Positions 60,707-64,000 of a DNA stretch of 64,000 nucleotides are shown here, piece after piece. Every line of letters begins with the position of its first letter. Within the stretch, counting starts at the first letter, position 1. This stretch comes from Azolla caroliniana (taxonomy: Eukaryota; Plantae; Polypodiophyta), in NCBI GenBank assembly GCA_043228905.1, contig JBHGNT010000007.1:18104001-18168000 (forward strand). The letters run 5' to 3'. Under the pieces are notes generated by a model. The model had not been told where the DNA came from. It saw only the letters and a program-made list of their open reading frames with translations, and did not search any database. Made by a program: the position numbers and the translations under genes.

Positions 60707-60928
60707 ACTCATTCCTTCTCTCAAAGTTCGACACCTCTCATAGTACTAATCCTTCTCTGTCTTAGTACTATTCCCCAACAATAGTACTAATCCTTCTTTT
60801 AGTACTAATTCCTTCTCTGCCTTAATAGAGTTCCTGACAGTTTGAACCGATTTCGGTCTACTAGTCTCCCTCTTCCTTCTGTCTCCCTCCTTTCCTACTA
60901 GTCTCTTATTTCCCTTTTCCTTCATCCC

Positions 60929-62098
60929 ATGGCCACCGTTAGCGCTGAAGAGTATCAATCCGTTTTCTCGGAATTTCAATGCTTGAAAGAGAAGTTTCAT
61001 GCTTTGGAACAAGAAAATCAACGCTTGTTGGGGGATCTTCAGCAAATTTCCTTAGAAAAGCAGCAAACGCAACAACAGCATGGGGAACTTGCGTTACGCG
61101 TGCAACAACTCGAAGCAACCATCGTAGCAATGCAACAACAAGGGCACGGAGCACAAGGGATTCATAAAGAACCCAAGATTGGCCTTCCCACGAAGTTCGA
61201 TGGAACGCGATCGCAGTTTAGAGGGTTTCTTAACCAGGTACGGTTAGTTATTCAAATGCATCTGTCCCGATATCCCACTGATGCATCACGAGTGGGTTTA
61301 GTAGGCACGTTGTTAAATGGCTCAGCATTAGCATGGTTCGCTCCGCTACTAGAAAAGGAATCTCCAGTACTAAATAATTTTGAAGAATTCATAAGTGAGT
61401 TTAAAGCATGTTTTGGAGATACTGACAGCATAAGGACTGCAATCAACAAAATCCGGCGATTACGCCAAGGTGACCGTCCAGCCTCCGCATATGCTGCAGA
61501 TTTCCGCCTACTCGCCGCCGATATCCCCTGGGATGATCAAGCATTGATGGAGCAGTTCCGCTATGGTCTACGCAACGATGTCAAGGATTTACTCTTGACT
61601 TTCCCTGAAGAGCCAAAATCATTAACAGAAGCAATCAGTCGAGCGGTCAGATGTGACAACCGCCTCTTCGAGCGACGTTCGGAACGACAATTTCAGATGC
61701 CGAGGGCAAGATCCGAGCCTACCTATGCCTCAGTGGTAGCGAAACCTTTTCAAAGGGAGTCACATAATGCGCCTCCAGTAAGTACTCCAACTCCAATGGA
61801 AATTGACACTACACGTCGTCGTGGGCCGCTATCGGAGGAGGAAAAGCAACGACGCCGAACAAACCGATTATGCCTTTATTGCGGTGGACCAGGGCATATC
61901 GCGATAAACTGTCCCCATAGACCAAGAAGGCAGGTAAACCAAGTCATTGTTAGTTCTGACTATACTAAACCCGAGTCTATTTCAGTAGGAATCTCTGATA
62001 ATCCTCATAGTCATAATAGTCCTAATAGTACTAATAGTCCGAATCTCGCAAACAAATTTGATGTCCTTAGCCAATTAGAAGAAGAGTTAAACGACTAA
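60929..62098 (+). CDS. Chromovirus J Gag (389 aa)
   Basis: Uninterrupted ORF with a coiled-coil-like N-terminus, capsid region and CCHC knuckle CLYCGGPGHIAINC. Confidence 0.93.
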   Translation: MATVSAEEYQSVFSEFQCLKEKFHALEQENQRLLGDLQQISLEKQQTQQQHGELALRVQQLEATIVAMQQQGHGAQGIHKEPKIGLPTKFDGTRSQFRGFLNQVRLVIQMHLSRYPTDASRVGLVGTLLNGSALAWFAPLLEKESPVLNNFEEFISEFKACFGDTDSIRTAINKIRRLRQGDRPASAYAADFRLLAADIPWDDQALMEQFRYGLRNDVKDLLLTFPEEPKSLTEAISRAVRCDNRLFERRSERQFQMPRARSEPTYASVVAKPFQRESHNAPPVSTPTPMEIDTTRRRGPLSEEEKQRRRTNRLCLYCGGPGHIAINCPHRPRRQVNQVIVSSDYTKPESISVGISDNPHSHNSPNSTNSPNLANKFDVLSQLEEELND

Positions 62099-64000
62099 GT
62101 CCAGCCAAAATAGGAGCCGTTTGGTTGGACAGCCCTAGATCTGTGCAGCCCATTAGTGGTTCCATTCCCTCTAAGCAAGTTAGTGATGTGTTCGTAGCCC
62201 AAGTAGCAGTTAGTACTAAAAGTACCCCTCCAGTACATACCTTAGCCCTTCTAGATTCCGGAGCTAATTCTTGCTTCATGGATAGGAATTTTGCCCGAGC
62301 TCATCAGATATCTCTCAGAAAGCTCCCATGTCCAGCCTCAGTAGTAGTCATTGATGGTCGTCCCATTGCTTCTGGTAATATCATAGAAGAGTCGGAACCC
62401 GTTAATATTGTCCTAGATAACTTAACATGTGTAGTATCATTTAATATTATTAGTATTCCAGAACATCCCATAGTTTTAGGATTACCATGGTTCGAGTTAC
62501 ATGACCCAGACATAGATTGGAGGACAAGGGAAATCCGGTTGCGACAAACCCAAGGATCTACCCAGAAGGTTGCAACCATTTCGCTACGTCAGTTGCGTGA
62601 GGAAGGGCGCAAGGAGGAAATGTTTCTCTTTGCAATATCAGTACAACCCTCCAGCACCACCAAAGAGGAGTTCACCGTTCAACTTCCCGAGAAGTATCGT
62701 CAGTATGCTGATGTGTTCGATAAAGTACAAGCCAACACACTTCCTCATCATCGGCCGTACGACTGTGCCATCGACTTACAACCGGGAAAAGAGCCGCCAT
62801 GGGGGCCGATCTACAATTTGTCACCAACCGAGCTAGAAGTCCTTCGAGCCTATATAGAAGAGAATTTGGAGAACGGTTTCATTCGGCATTCGAAATCTCC
62901 AGCCGGCGCACCCATTTTCTTCGTCAAGAAAAAAGATGGCTCGCTTCGACTCGTTGTAGATTACCGTGGCTTGAATAAGGTCACAGTAAGAAATAGGTAT
63001 GCTCTTCCCCTTATCTCAAGTCTTTTAGAACGGATCAACGGTGCCAGGTTCTTCACGAAGATCGACTTACGAGGAGCCTATAACCTCGTACGGATCCGAC
63101 CAGGAGATGAATGGAAGACCGCGTTTCGCACCAGATATGGGCACTTCGAGTATACGGTCATGCCGTTCGGACTCACTAATGCGCCGGCAGTCTTCCAGCA
63201 CATGGCGAATGATATATTTCGAGATCTCTTGGATGATTTTTTGATCATCTATTTGGATGATCTACTGGTTTATTCAAAGACCCAAGAAGAACATGATTCT
63301 CATGTACTATTAGTACTAAAACGACTTCGAGAACATGGTCTGTATGCAAAGTTAGAGAAATGTAGTTTCGGGTGCAACCAAGTGGAGTTTCTCGGCTATG
63401 TCATCTCCTCAGAAGGCATATCTATGGACCCAGCCAAGGTCAAAACGGTGATAGAATGGCACACTCCGCGTTCGGTGCGGGATGTGCAATGCTTCCTAGG
63501 CTTTGCAAATTTCTACCGGAAGTTCATACAAAATTACTCAAAAATTGTGCTGCCGCTCACACAGCTCACCAGGAAGGGACAATCATTCATTTGGTCTAAA
63601 GAGACGGACATGGCTTTCGAGAGTCTTAAGAAGGCGTTTACATCAGCTCCAATTTTAGGTCATGTGGATCCGGAAAAACCATTCATTATCGAAGCTGATG
63701 CATCGGATTTCGCATTGGGGAGCATTCTGTCACAACAGGGTAACGACGAGAAGCTACATCCTGTGGCTTTCCACTCCCGTAAGTTTGACGCCGCCGAAAT
63801 CAACTACGAAATTCATGATAAAGAGCTATTAGCAATAGTTGATTCTTTTATGCAATGGAGGCATTTCCTGGAGGGATCTCCTCATCAGGTCACTGTATTC
63901 AGTGACCACAAGAACCTTGCCTACTTTCAAGATGCTCGTGTACTGAATCGACGTCAAGCTCGGTGGGCCCACTTCCTCACACGCTTCGACTTCAAAATTA
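62086..64000 (+). CDS. Chromovirus J Pol (PR-RT-RH, partial), entered by a predicted -1 frameshift
   Basis: Colinear with I pol (LLDSGA, KIDLRGAY, YLDD, EADASDF), with TGG where I has TAG. Absent from the ORF track, presumably because no stop is reached before the window end. Confidence 0.85.

Larger units (their letters stand above)
60377..64000 (+). mobile_element. Chromovirus J: Tcn1-like, apparently intact so far, runs off the right edge
   Basis: 5' LTR 60377-60839 (TGTCATA...CTGACA), self-priming PBS, and gag and pol closely similar to I but lacking the stops seen in I. Confidence 0.93.

Overview
This is eukaryotic, plant-type heterochromatin made almost entirely of nested LTR retrotransposons. 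I found no host gene, rRNA, functional tRNA or CRISPR array. The mix of families (Tcn1-like chromoviruses, tRNA-Trp-primed non-chromovirus Ty3/Gypsy of Phygy/Selgy type, Tork-like and other Ty1/Copia) suggests a bryophyte or other non-seed plant (inference). The nest was reconstructed from LTR ends, PBS/PPT and target-site duplications (TSDs). A Tork-like Copia D (473-45193, minus) carries a solo Gypsy LTR S (743-19527). S carries a solo Copia LTR and Copia A (1840-18795), and A carries Gypsy B (4318-12028) and a gag-only element C (13017-16531). The 5' LTR of D carries Gypsy E (21811-44719). Each LTR of E carries a Copia (F, G), and its interior carries Gypsy H and an orphan LTR K. Further right lie chromoviruses I (46538-52218) and J (60377 to the window end) and deleted Copias L and M. 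The most notable observations are four: (1) antisense tRNA-like Pol III A-box/B-box modules in the U3 of two unrelated Gypsy lineages; (2) CG-centred 4-bp target sites for the Trp-primed Gypsy lineage; (3) a covarying hairpin 17-18 nt upstream of the 3' LTR in four families; (4) independent Copia insertions 10 bp apart at the same locus in both LTRs of E. Element letters are my own labels and lineage names come from motif recognition, not database searches.
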